Of a stretch of DNA of 64,000 nt, positions 20,332-29,507 are shown in pieces (the first letter of the stretch is position 1; every line of letters starts with the position of its first letter). Below the pieces are notes generated by a model that was given only the letters and a program-made list of their open reading frames with translations, made no database searches and was not told the origin of the DNA. Source of the stretch: Candidatus Poribacteria bacterium (lineage in GTDB: Bacteria; Poribacteria; WGA-4E; JAJDTR01); NCBI GenBank assembly GCA_965222225.1, contig CBDCTK010000002.1, positions 96,001 to 160,000 of the forward strand, written 5' to 3'. The position numbers were made by a program, and so were the translations under genes.

Positions 20332-21504
20332 ATGAGTCAAATGACAAGATTCTCGTTTATATTTGTAATTGCCGCACTGATTGTGGGATTTTCTGCGTGC
20401 GATGAGTTGGTTTCAATTTTGTCTGGTGGGGATGCTCCTCAAGTGGAAGGTGTTAGTGGCGAGAATCCTGTTGGTCTCGTATACCCTGTCACGGGACGGC
20501 TAGCCACCTTCGCCCTGCCCATATACCGAGGCTTTGAGTTGGCTCTTGAAGAGATTAACTACGCACAACTCGGCGATGCGAGAATCAAGTTCATCGTCGA
20601 GGATGATCTCAGTACCATAGAGGGGGCAGCTGAAGCCTACCGAAAACTGATTGAACAGGATAATGTCCCGGTTATTTTCGGTCCGACGACATCAGGGCAG
20701 GCCGAAGCAGCGTTTCCAATTGCCCAGCGGAATCAGGTGGTCGCTTTTAGTTCCTCTTCAAACCAAGCTGGCTTAAGTGCGCTCGGCGATTTTCTCTTTC
20801 GCGCGGGCCTTACGACAGATAAGCTGATTCCTGGAGGCGTCCGAGCAATTCATGCAAAACTCGGATATCAACGAGTGGCAATAATATACGATGAGAATGA
20901 CACCTACTCCATTGATAGCCACGAGAATTTTCGGGAAACACTCACCGAGCTCGGCATCACGATTTTAGCAACAGAGACCTTCAAGAGTAGTGACAAAGAT
21001 GGCGAACCCGACTTCTCTACCCAATTGACTCGGATAATGGCGGATAATCCCCAAGCAATTTTTGTCGCGGCTCAGTCGCCGGAGCTGACCAAGATTCAGA
21101 TTCAGGGTCGTCAACTTGGCATTCCATCTGAGGTTCCCTATATTACCAGTCTTATAAGCGACATACCAAATGCAGGCACAGCCGCCGAGGGGGCTATATC
21201 TTTCGCGGGATGGATTGCCACGGCGGATACTCCAGGCAACCAAGCCTTTGTTGAAAAGTACCGTGCGAGGTACGGCAGCGATCCAAACGCTTGGACCGCA
21301 CAATCGTATGCCGCAGTCTATATACTAGCTGAAGCCATCGCAAGAGCCCAATCCACTGACCCGTCCGCGATACGGATTGCCTTGGCGGACATCAGAGATT
21401 TTGACACCGTGTTGGGTAAATTCTCCTTTGACGACGTTGGAGATGCGGTCTACGACCCGATTGTACTGATTGTCGAAGACGGTGCGTTCAAGATTTTTGA
21501 ATAA
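20332..21504 (+). CDS. ABC substrate-binding lipoprotein, LivK/LivJ-like
   Basis: FSACDELVSIL leader; full-length paralog. Confidence 0.9.
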   Translation: MSQMTRFSFIFVIAALIVGFSACDELVSILSGGDAPQVEGVSGENPVGLVYPVTGRLATFALPIYRGFELALEEINYAQLGDARIKFIVEDDLSTIEGAAEAYRKLIEQDNVPVIFGPTTSGQAEAAFPIAQRNQVVAFSSSSNQAGLSALGDFLFRAGLTTDKLIPGGVRAIHAKLGYQRVAIIYDENDTYSIDSHENFRETLTELGITILATETFKSSDKDGEPDFSTQLTRIMADNPQAIFVAAQSPELTKIQIQGRQLGIPSEVPYITSLISDIPNAGTAAEGAISFAGWIATADTPGNQAFVEKYRARYGSDPNAWTAQSYAAVYILAEAIARAQSTDPSAIRIALADIRDFDTVLGKFSFDDVGDAVYDPIVLIVEDGAFKIFE

Positions 21505-21517
21505 AAGTCAATGCGTG

Positions 21518-21569
21518 GTAGGGTGGCTGCTACCCGCCAGCAAACAGGGGTGCGCGGTGTACGCTCTAC
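21518..21569. repeat. Inverted pair of degenerate GTAG REP-like units
   Basis: GTAGGGTGGCTGCTACCCGCC (21518-21538) faces GGTGCGCGGTGTACGCTCTAC (21549-21569). Confidence 0.5.
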
Positions 21570-21756
21570 ATCTGTTTAATGTACTACGGTATGTGGTTTA
21601 ATCACGTACTCGTTGTTATCTCACTATTCAGTTGTTATACTATTTCCCTATATTTACGGTGCATTAGTAGCGTCAATCAGGTTTTTCAATGCGGGGCAGG
21701 ATGCCCCGACTACTAGCTACTAACTGCTCTGTAAGGAACAATAAAGGAGATTCAAC

Positions 21757-23265
21757 ATGAATGAAAGTCGAATTAAAGCGTTCGCGTCTGTACTAGCGAT
21801 TGCCGCTCTGATTGTAGGGATTTCTGCCTGTGACGAGATAGTGGCAATTTTATCCGGTGGCGAAGTGCCTCAGATGGACAGCATGGATGGTGAAATTTCA
21901 ATTGGCGTTGTATTGCCTCAAACGGGGGTTCTCGGTCCAGGCGAGTTCGGTCCGGGTGCACTGGTTATGGAAAATGCCTTTAAGATGGCTCTTGAAGAGG
22001 TCAATAACTTGAAGAGCATGGGAACGCAACTTGAGTTCATCATTGAAGACGATCGGAGCACTGTAGAGGGAGCGGTCGAGGCGTTCAATAAACTTATCCA
22101 CCAAGACAAAGTCCCCGTAATCCTCGGTGTATGGACATCGGAAGTTGCTCAATCCGTCTTTCCTATCGCGCAAGAGAATCAGGTCGTGGCTTTTAGTCCG
22201 GTTGTGCTCGGTGGCGGCTTGACGGAGATTGGTGACTTCGTCTTTCGGGCGGGGCAGCCCACAGACGTGTTAATCCCTGAAGGGGTTAGAGTCACTCGGG
22301 AAAAACTCGGGTATCAACAAGTTGCGACGATAGCTGATTCGGCTGATTTTGCCTCACGGAACAGTGATAAGGTGTTTCGGCAAACGCTCACTGACCATGG
22401 TGTCAAGATTCTCGAAACAGAAATCTTTGAGACCGGTGAGACAAACTTTCTCCCGCAATTGAATCGGATAAAGACCTCTAATCCGGACGCGATTTTTGTC
22501 TCTGCTCAGCAGATAGAGCTAATCAAGATTCTTACCCAAGCTCGCCAGCTTGGAATCCCGTTTGATGTCCCATTTATCAATTTGGTGCTGTCGGCAGATG
22601 ACATCGGAAGCACTGGTGAAGCCGCCGAGGGCACAATTACAATTGCCTCCTGGGTCAGCACGGCGGATTCGCCGGGCAATCAAGCCTTTGTTAAGAATTA
22701 CAAGTCTAAATACGGTCTGCAACCCAGCATTTGGGCTGCGCTTTCATATGCCTCCGTGCATATCCTAGCCGAGGCGATTGTGAACGCCGAATCGACCGAT
22801 TCGGTGGCGATTCGAAACGCACTGGCAAATATCAGCGATTTTGACACGATTTTAGGAAAGTTTGCTTTTGACGCGGTCGGGGACGGTGATTACGCCCCGA
22901 TTGTACTCATCGTCAAAAACGGGAAATTCGAGGTTTTCGGAGGCGATGATACTGTTGATTCGACAACACACATCATTGACGACCTCCCAATTCAGACGGT
23001 CTCGGTAGCAATTCTTGAGAGCTTTCCGCCTCAGGTAAATCTTGAAGTCGAGGGATACCTTGCCGATAGTTGCACGACGCTCCATGAAACTACAGAACGC
23101 CGCGAAGGGGCCACAATTCACGTTCAGGTTACAACCAAACGTCCTATTGACTTGGCGTGCGCCACTGTAATCACTGAAATCGAACATACCGTCCCGCTTG
23201 GATCCTTTGACCCTGGGATGTACAAGGTGATTGTCAACGATGTCGAGGTTGAATTTGAGATCTAG
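21757..23265 (+). CDS. LivK-like SBP lipoprotein fused to a ~95-aa C-terminal beta-rich domain
   Basis: SBP ends at GKFEVF; then ESFPPQV...GYLADSC...LACATVI...GMYKVIVN with two Cys. Confidence 0.88.
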   Translation: MNESRIKAFASVLAIAALIVGISACDEIVAILSGGEVPQMDSMDGEISIGVVLPQTGVLGPGEFGPGALVMENAFKMALEEVNNLKSMGTQLEFIIEDDRSTVEGAVEAFNKLIHQDKVPVILGVWTSEVAQSVFPIAQENQVVAFSPVVLGGGLTEIGDFVFRAGQPTDVLIPEGVRVTREKLGYQQVATIADSADFASRNSDKVFRQTLTDHGVKILETEIFETGETNFLPQLNRIKTSNPDAIFVSAQQIELIKILTQARQLGIPFDVPFINLVLSADDIGSTGEAAEGTITIASWVSTADSPGNQAFVKNYKSKYGLQPSIWAALSYASVHILAEAIVNAESTDSVAIRNALANISDFDTILGKFAFDAVGDGDYAPIVLIVKNGKFEVFGGDDTVDSTTHIIDDLPIQTVSVAILESFPPQVNLEVEGYLADSCTTLHETTERREGATIHVQVTTKRPIDLACATVITEIEHTVPLGSFDPGMYKVIVNDVEVEFEI

Positions 23266-23536
23266 TGCGCGGCTATCAAATCTAAGCAATCAAGAAGGGG
23301 GGAAGAGAAGGAAGTCTATTCCCCCTTTCAATCGTGACAATAGAGATTAAGTTCAATAGCCTCGCAAAATAGGTTGACAATTCCTGCAGTTGTATAAGAT
23401 AATACGCATGAACTGAGTTATTGCGTCGAGAAATTAGTGGAATGGTAGTCAAAAAGCGATTTATCTGCCGCGAGATTTGAATTTGAGTGTTATCATCTTG
23501 AGTAACAACAAAAACCAACGCAAAACAGAGAGGTTT

Positions 23537-24196
23537 ATGATGAACGCGAGTCGAGTCACGAAATTTGCATTCCTCTTGGCGGTTGCTACACTAGTTGTGG
23601 GGCTTTCAGCATGTGACCAATTGGTTTCAATTCTAACTTCTGGCGATATGCCTGATGGTGAGATACCAGATGAAATGGGAATGATGACCGGGCTACCGAT
23701 GGGCATTGCTATGTACAGGTCCTGGACCAGTACCGAGCTTGAAGCCCCGCCTGCAACGTTCACAAGGCCAGAGGACAGTGGCGTTGCACACGGCGCGGGA
23801 ATCAGGACTGTTTATATCAATGCACCGGGGGTCTCGACGCTCCAAGACATGAGCGCAGAAACCTTCCCTAACGGTACCACGATTGTTAAAGATATCATGG
23901 ACAACACCAACTCATTCCTTTGGCGAGTCGCGGTCATGTGGAAGCTGGACGATATGGCGTACGCTGACCACAACGGCTGGAAGTATGTCCAGTACCAGCG
24001 GGAGACCGAGGCTTCGGACTTAATGGCAGTTGCTGGCGATGGCACCGAGCGCGGCAGCAACGGGTGCCACGCTTGCCACTCTAAGGTGAATACGGAGGAC
24101 GTGCCGGGCAAAGATAGTGTCTTCGTCCAACTCCCGATGCCCGGTGACGGCATGGCTGATGATGGCATGACAGACGATGGAGATGGTTCCAACTAG
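23537..24196 (+). CDS. Lipoprotein with cytochrome P460-family c-type heme domain and acidic DDG tail
   Basis: SACDQLVSILTSGDMP leader; YRSW...HG...RTVYIN...FPNGTTIVKD...VMWK...GWKY...CHACH...DSVF. Confidence 0.8.
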   Translation: MMNASRVTKFAFLLAVATLVVGLSACDQLVSILTSGDMPDGEIPDEMGMMTGLPMGIAMYRSWTSTELEAPPATFTRPEDSGVAHGAGIRTVYINAPGVSTLQDMSAETFPNGTTIVKDIMDNTNSFLWRVAVMWKLDDMAYADHNGWKYVQYQRETEASDLMAVAGDGTERGSNGCHACHSKVNTEDVPGKDSVFVQLPMPGDGMADDGMTDDGDGSN

Positions 24197-24382
24197 TAGC
24201 AGACCGTAGTCCGAATGATGAGCCACCTGAGGCGAGAGATTTTACTCAAGAGCCGTCATGTGAGGTGCAATCTTAAAACCAACTGACGGAGCTGGCTGGC
24301 TTGCCGTTGTATAGTAACCGCAAATTGGGTCGGAAGGAATTTACGACTCAGTCTGCATCAAACTTTTGTGAGTTCTGCAATT

Positions 24383-24441
24383 GCCAAATTTCGCGTGGTG
24401 ACTGGATTTGTTTTCCCAGTATCCGTGAGGTGGGTTTTTTT
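24383..24441 (+). terminator. Long hairpin plus U-tract (copy 1 of 3, most diverged)
   Basis: GCCAAATTTCGCG...ACTGG/CCAGT...CGTGAGGTGGGT followed by a T run. Confidence 0.6.
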
Positions 24442-24878
24442 ATTCTCTGCGACGAGTCGAAAAGGATTTTACCCCAGGCACCGCCCACTTTGGCTCGTGT
24501 CCTGCTAATCATTTCACGCAGGATTGTGATTTGCTTACCGTAGCTGTGAGAGATGCCGTGTTGGCGCCCAAAATGTGTAGGTTCGTTGCGGTTTCCTCAT
24601 TCAACCATCGCGTTGTCAGAGAGGGACTGCAGGCTCTTGGTCGGCGCATCTCCCTGCGATGCGGATTCGGTGTAATACTACTTTACAATTCCTCTAATTT
24701 TTTAGGATAATACGTTTAGCGCCGAAAGGCATGTTAAAGCAACTAAAAGATGATTTATTGGCGTCAAGGGAGACAGACTTTACCACACGAGACTTTAATT
24801 CATGTGGTTAGAAGTTACAACTTGAGTTATGTCATTTGAGATAACAATGCAAAGCAGCGATTAGTAAGGAGATTTAAC

Positions 24879-26135
24879 ATGAACATGAGTCGGATCACAA
24901 GATTCGTATTCGTCTTGGCGGTTGCGGTAATGATTATGGGGTTTTCCGCCTGCGATCAGTTGGTCTCAATTCTAACGTCTGGCGATATGCCAGAGCCGCC
25001 TGAGGTCGGGGTTACCGTTGGGGTGGTCTTGCCTTTGTCAGGGCAATATGCCGCCTTGTACGGACATTCAATGCTAAATGGCTTTGAGTTGGCGCGGAAT
25101 GAGATTAATAGTTCTCAAGTCGGTGCTCCGGGGATTGCCTTCATCACTGCTGACGATGAGGCTACCGTAGACGGAGCAAAGGCGGCATTCAAAAAATTGA
25201 TTGAGCAAGACGGTGTCCCTGTAATCTTGGGTCCCGGATTCTCCAGTCAGGCGAGAGAAACCTTTCCTATTGCCACCGAGAACGGCGTTGTGGCATTTAG
25301 CTCGATTTCGTCGGCGTCCGGTATAAACATGGCGGGCGATGCCAACTTCCGCGCCGGCTTAATCACCTCCCGGTTGAACCCTCCCGGCGTCAGGGCGACC
25401 CACACGGCCTTACGTTACCAGAACGTGGCTACAATGTATGATGAAGCCGATACCTATTCCACAATCGGACACGGCGATTTGACAGGAGCTCTCACGGCAT
25501 TGGGTGTCGAAATACTTACGACGGAGACCTTTACTGGCGGCAGCACCGACTTCTCAGCCCAACTGACGCGAATCAAGGACTTAAACCCTGATGCCATCTT
25601 TGTCTCAGCCTTATCGGCAGAAATGGACGATATTCTGATGAAAGGTAGAGAACTCGGCATCCCCTATTCGGTTCCGTTCATCATTCCGGAACTGTGGAAT
25701 ACCGAAGCCGCCGCCGCCGGGGAAGCAGCGGAGGGGACGATTTCCTTCAATGGGTGGTCGAACTTTGCCTCCACTCCGGGCAATCATGCCTTCATCGAAA
25801 ATTATCTAGCAGCTTACGGTACTGATCCTGATCCGTGGGCGGCGCAGTCTTATGCAACGCTGCATATTCTTGATGAGGCGGGTACCCGAGCCGGGTCAGC
25901 CGACCCAGTGGCAATCGCGGAGGCATTGAGAGGAATAAGCGGCCTCGACACGATTTTGGGAAGTTTCTCGTTTGACAAGAACGGCGACGCAATCTATGAA
26001 CCGTTCGTTCACATTGTCAAGAATGGCAAACTTGAGCCATTTGACGGTAGCGAGATGTCCTCAGGCGATGATACAACGGGCGATGGCATGATAGATGACG
26101 ATATGTCCTCAGACGACGGAGACGGTTCCAACTAA
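24879..26135 (+). CDS. LivK-like SBP lipoprotein with acidic DDG...GSN tail
   Basis: Leader SACDQLVSILTSGDMP identical to the 23537 gene; tail GDGMIDDDMSSDDGDGSN. Confidence 0.9.
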   Translation: MNMSRITRFVFVLAVAVMIMGFSACDQLVSILTSGDMPEPPEVGVTVGVVLPLSGQYAALYGHSMLNGFELARNEINSSQVGAPGIAFITADDEATVDGAKAAFKKLIEQDGVPVILGPGFSSQARETFPIATENGVVAFSSISSASGINMAGDANFRAGLITSRLNPPGVRATHTALRYQNVATMYDEADTYSTIGHGDLTGALTALGVEILTTETFTGGSTDFSAQLTRIKDLNPDAIFVSALSAEMDDILMKGRELGIPYSVPFIIPELWNTEAAAAGEAAEGTISFNGWSNFASTPGNHAFIENYLAAYGTDPDPWAAQSYATLHILDEAGTRAGSADPVAIAEALRGISGLDTILGSFSFDKNGDAIYEPFVHIVKNGKLEPFDGSEMSSGDDTTGDGMIDDDMSSDDGDGSN

Positions 26136-26204
26136 TGAAAACTCTTAGTTAGGAAGCGAGTGAAGAGCTGACCGCCAATTCAACATTGGTTTGGGTCATA
26201 TACT

Positions 26205-26261
26205 GCCCAATTCGCTGGCGCTTAGGATTGATTTTCCGATTGTCGCGAATCGGGCTTTTTT
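26205..26261 (+). terminator. Long hairpin plus U-tract (copy 2)
   Basis: GCCCAATTCGC...GCGAATCGGGC-TTTTTT. Confidence 0.7.
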
Positions 26262-26579
26262 ATGCTCATGAGAATCAAAGGCTTTTATCCCTAGTTCGTA
26301 GCTGCCAAATTATGGCGCGTAGATTGGATACCTGCTTTCAGAAGCACAGGGCGAGGCAAAAAACGCCGTTCCGCCTTAAAATTTAGGTGCGATTGTCCTG
26401 AATTTACCTCTAAAATAGCTTGACAACGTTCTTATGTTTTGGCACAATTAATAAAGGTGTTGCGTAACTCAAAGGACAGCAACAATCAACCACTGTCCAT
26501 GCAGAATTCAGTTTTTTGGGTGTGCCTTTGACCAGAGTTTTATCACCTTAAACAACAATAAAGGAGATTTACTACAAAT

Positions 26580-26933
26580 ATGAATCAAATCAAGAGATTC
26601 GCACTTGTCTGTATGATTGTAACGCTTGTTGTGGGGCTTTCAGCCTGCGATGAGCTGGTCTCAATCTTGTCTACTAGCGATCTGCCTCAGATGGTAGATG
26701 ATGGTATGACCGACGACGGCACGACCGATGATGGCATGGTAGATGATGGTACGACCGACGATGGCACGACCGACGATGGCATGGTAGATGATGGTATGAC
26801 CGACGATGGCACGACCGATGATGGCATGGTAGATGACGGTATGACCGATGATGGCATGACGAACGACGGGATGGCTGACGACGATACGTCTGATGACGGT
26901 ATGTCTTCAGACAACGGAAATGGTTCCAACTGA
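26580..26933 (+). CDS. Lipoprotein consisting only of the shared leader and acidic pentapeptide repeats
   Basis: AAGGAG RBS; LSACDELVSIL; about 14 DDG(M/T)(T/V)-type units; ends DNGNGSN. Confidence 0.8.
   Translation: MNQIKRFALVCMIVTLVVGLSACDELVSILSTSDLPQMVDDGMTDDGTTDDGMVDDGTTDDGTTDDGMVDDGMTDDGTTDDGMVDDGMTDDGMTNDGMADDDTSDDGMSSDNGNGSN
26697..26906 (+). repeat. 15-bp coding tandem repeat with 45-bp higher-order period
   Basis: GAY-GAY-GGY-(ATG/ACG)-(ACC/GTA) units. Confidence 0.9.
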
Positions 26934-27109
26934 TGGGAAACCCAAATCAGAAGGATGAGACACCTCAGATGGAGAAACTCGTTTGAGAAGTCGTCTTGCG
27001 TCTAGTGCGGATTCAAATTCCGTGGCGTTTGACCCATGGCAGCCATGGATTGAGTTCGAAAAGGCCAAGAGTTGTACATCTACTAAACCTTGGTTTAAGT
27101 AATTACAAT

Positions 27110-27170
27110 GCCCGATTCCGTTTGGCGATTGGATTTAAATCTTTCCACTTGCCGCGAATCGGGCTTTTTT
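27110..27170 (+). terminator. Long hairpin plus U-tract (copy 3)
   Basis: GCCCGATTC...GAATCGGGC-TTTTTT. Confidence 0.7.
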
Positions 27171-27197
27171 ATGTCTAATTCCGATGCGTTGCTCCCC

Positions 27198-28097
27198 TCA
27201 TTTGCCCAAACTCGCTGGCGGTTTCGATTTTCCGATGACGCCGACAAGAACTACCATGGTCAACAAATAGGGCAGACACTGTAACAGTTGGGACGGGATT
27301 TGCCAACGGTTTGCCAGTTCCAGCGCGTTTGTAAATCCGAACAGCACACATCCCATCACCATTCTATACGGGCTCCAATTTCCAAAAATCACCGCCGCAA
27401 GAGCGACGTATCCTCGTCCGGCGGGCATTCCCTTCGTGAAATAATGCGCTTCAGACGCGAGAAAACAGCCGCCTAGCCCGGCGAACACGCCGCTTGCCGT
27501 CACTCCGACATACTGCCACCATGCGCGACTGAGACCGAGCGTGTTTAATGCTTCAGTCGATTCCCCTGCCGCTCGCAGTCGTAAACCCCACGGTGTGTTA
27601 AAAAGGAAGACATGACTCCCAACCATGAGAAGAAGCGTAAGATGGACTAGACACGAATAACTTCCAATGAACGGTAAGTTCCACTGGTTTGTCCCTTCTA
27701 CTCGCATTGACGTAGCATTACGGCTAAGAAACTCTGTGATACCGATCGCCAAGAAGTTTATCGCAATGCCACTAACGATTTGATCCGCTTGAAATGAAAT
27801 GGATGCTATTGCGTGGACCAAGGCAATGAAAGTACCGCAGCAAATTCCGACAATCAGGCCAATCCAAGTAGAGTCAGACGCACCAGTGCCGATGACATAT
27901 CCAAAGGCGCTCACTAACATAATTCCTTCAAGGGCGATATTGACGACGCCAGAGCGTTCGGAGAAGATGCCACCGAGACCTGCTAAGGTCAATGGTGTTG
28001 ACATACGAATTGCGATTGGAATGAGTTCAGAGATTATTGTGCTGGCCTCCTCGGGTTGCCTTCCAAACACTAATAGGAGCCCGGGGTTGTCGCGCAT
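27198..28097 (-). CDS. ABC permease, nucleoside/sugar type (NupC/YufQ-like)
   Basis: SERSGVVNIALEG, GLRLRAAGE, GRGYVALAAVIFGNW, LPYLLT motifs; start uncertain. Confidence 0.85.
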   Translation of the reverse strand: MRDNPGLLLVFGRQPEEASTIISELIPIAIRMSTPLTLAGLGGIFSERSGVVNIALEGIMLVSAFGYVIGTGASDSTWIGLIVGICCGTFIALVHAIASISFQADQIVSGIAINFLAIGITEFLSRNATSMRVEGTNQWNLPFIGSYSCLVHLTLLLMVGSHVFLFNTPWGLRLRAAGESTEALNTLGLSRAWWQYVGVTASGVFAGLGGCFLASEAHYFTKGMPAGRGYVALAAVIFGNWSPYRMVMGCVLFGFTNALELANRWQIPSQLLQCLPYLLTMVVLVGVIGKSKPPASLGK

Positions 28098-28213
28098 CGC
28101 TAGTGGAAGACTTCGGTTTTAACCGATTCGGTTGTACAGTTTTCAGGCACCGGTGTTTCAGGTTTTCAAGTTTTCGCAGCCGTTCACGCTACCTTACTCC
28201 AAGCATCGCTTCG

Positions 28214-29294
28214 TCATTTAAATCGAATGGAAGCCAGGCATATAATCAATGCGGCTTGGATAATGAGAAACAACTCTCTTGGTACGTTCATCAAGATTTC
28301 AACGTCCAAAGCTCCTTTGTTTAGAGCGCCAAATAGGAGTGCAGCGAGGCAGACACCGTAAGGATGGTTTCGTCCGAGCAACGCAGCGGCGATTCCGGTG
28401 TAGCCAAAGCCGGGCGAGAAATTGTCGAGGAAGCGGTGGCGATAGCCCATAACGTCCCACACACCCGCCAAACCTGCAATAGCACCGCTTAACGCCATCG
28501 TCCAAACTGTGACAGCGCGGACATTAATGCCATAGGTTGCCACGTCGGGCGCATCGCCGACTAGCCGCAACTCATAACCGTATTGGGTGCGCTTCAAGAA
28601 AAACTGGCAGAAAAACGTTGCGAACAACGCCAGAAGAAACGTGACATTTAACGGGTTGCTCTCGGGTTGCTCTTTGGAAGAAGCCCAAGGTATGCTGAAA
28701 TACGCGGTAGATGCGCAGTGTCATGAATCTGCGGCGTTTGAGGAGTCATTTGTCCCGCTTCTTGGTATACCTCTGTAACCAAGTAGCTAGTCAACGCGAT
28801 CGCGATAAAGTTCATCATGATTGTGTTGATGACCTCGTGGACATCAAATTTCGCTTTGAGAATCCCGGCAATCGCAGCCCATCCCGCGCCTGCCGCCATC
28901 GCTGCAAAGATGCAAAGGGGTATGAGTATAATTGCAGGAGGTTGAAATGAAATCCCACCCAAGCAGCGACAAATCCGCCCGCGTAGAGTTGTCCCTCGCA
29001 GCCAATGTTGAATAACCCGCACTTGAAGCCGATTGCGACGGCTAGTCCCGTAAAGATTAACGGCGTCGCATTAAATAGGACGTATCCGAAGTCATCCAAG
29101 CTGCCAAACGCACTCAAAACGAGAATTCGATAAACCTCCAACACATCTTCGCCGAGAATTCCGATTACGAGACTACTCAATACAATCACAATCCCGAGTG
29201 CGAATGCGATTGGAAGACCTGCGTGGAGTATCCTGTTGATTTGAGGTTTCGAAATAGATGGGACTCTTGCCACAATGAAAATTACAAATGGCAA
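28214..29294 (-). pseudogene. ABC permease (NupB/YufP-like) broken by two frameshifts
   Basis: Three successive ORFs: GLFNIGCEGQ / EVINTIMMNFIA / GFGYTGIAAALLGRNHP. Shifts near 28945 and at an 11-bp tandem duplication (28652-28673). Confidence 0.85.
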
Positions 29295-29507
29295 TACGGT
29301 TGAGGTATGTGATATTGTATGGGGTGGCTATCCATTCATACGTTAAAGTCCGCCGGCTTGTTTCAGTGGATTCAGATTGTATGGTTGACGGCCCTTAGAA
29401 TGACAAAGTCGTTTCAAGTTAGCAGTGTGGTAACAAAAAGATTTCGTTAGCCGATGCAACGCGTTGAAACATCCGCTGGCATTTACTGTCGGCAAGGAGA
29501 AGATGCA

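Noticed and set aside
26697-26906. Regular short repeats as a CRISPR array
   Set aside because: Units are contiguous, in frame and spacer-less, and there are no cas genes.
7959-26933. Diversity-generating retroelement acting on the paralog arrays
   Set aside because: No reverse transcriptase and no template/variable repeat pair differing only at adenines.
27198-29294. These permeases as cognate partners of the LivK-type SBPs
   Set aside because: They are nucleoside/BMP-associated type, lie on the opposite strand, and one is broken.
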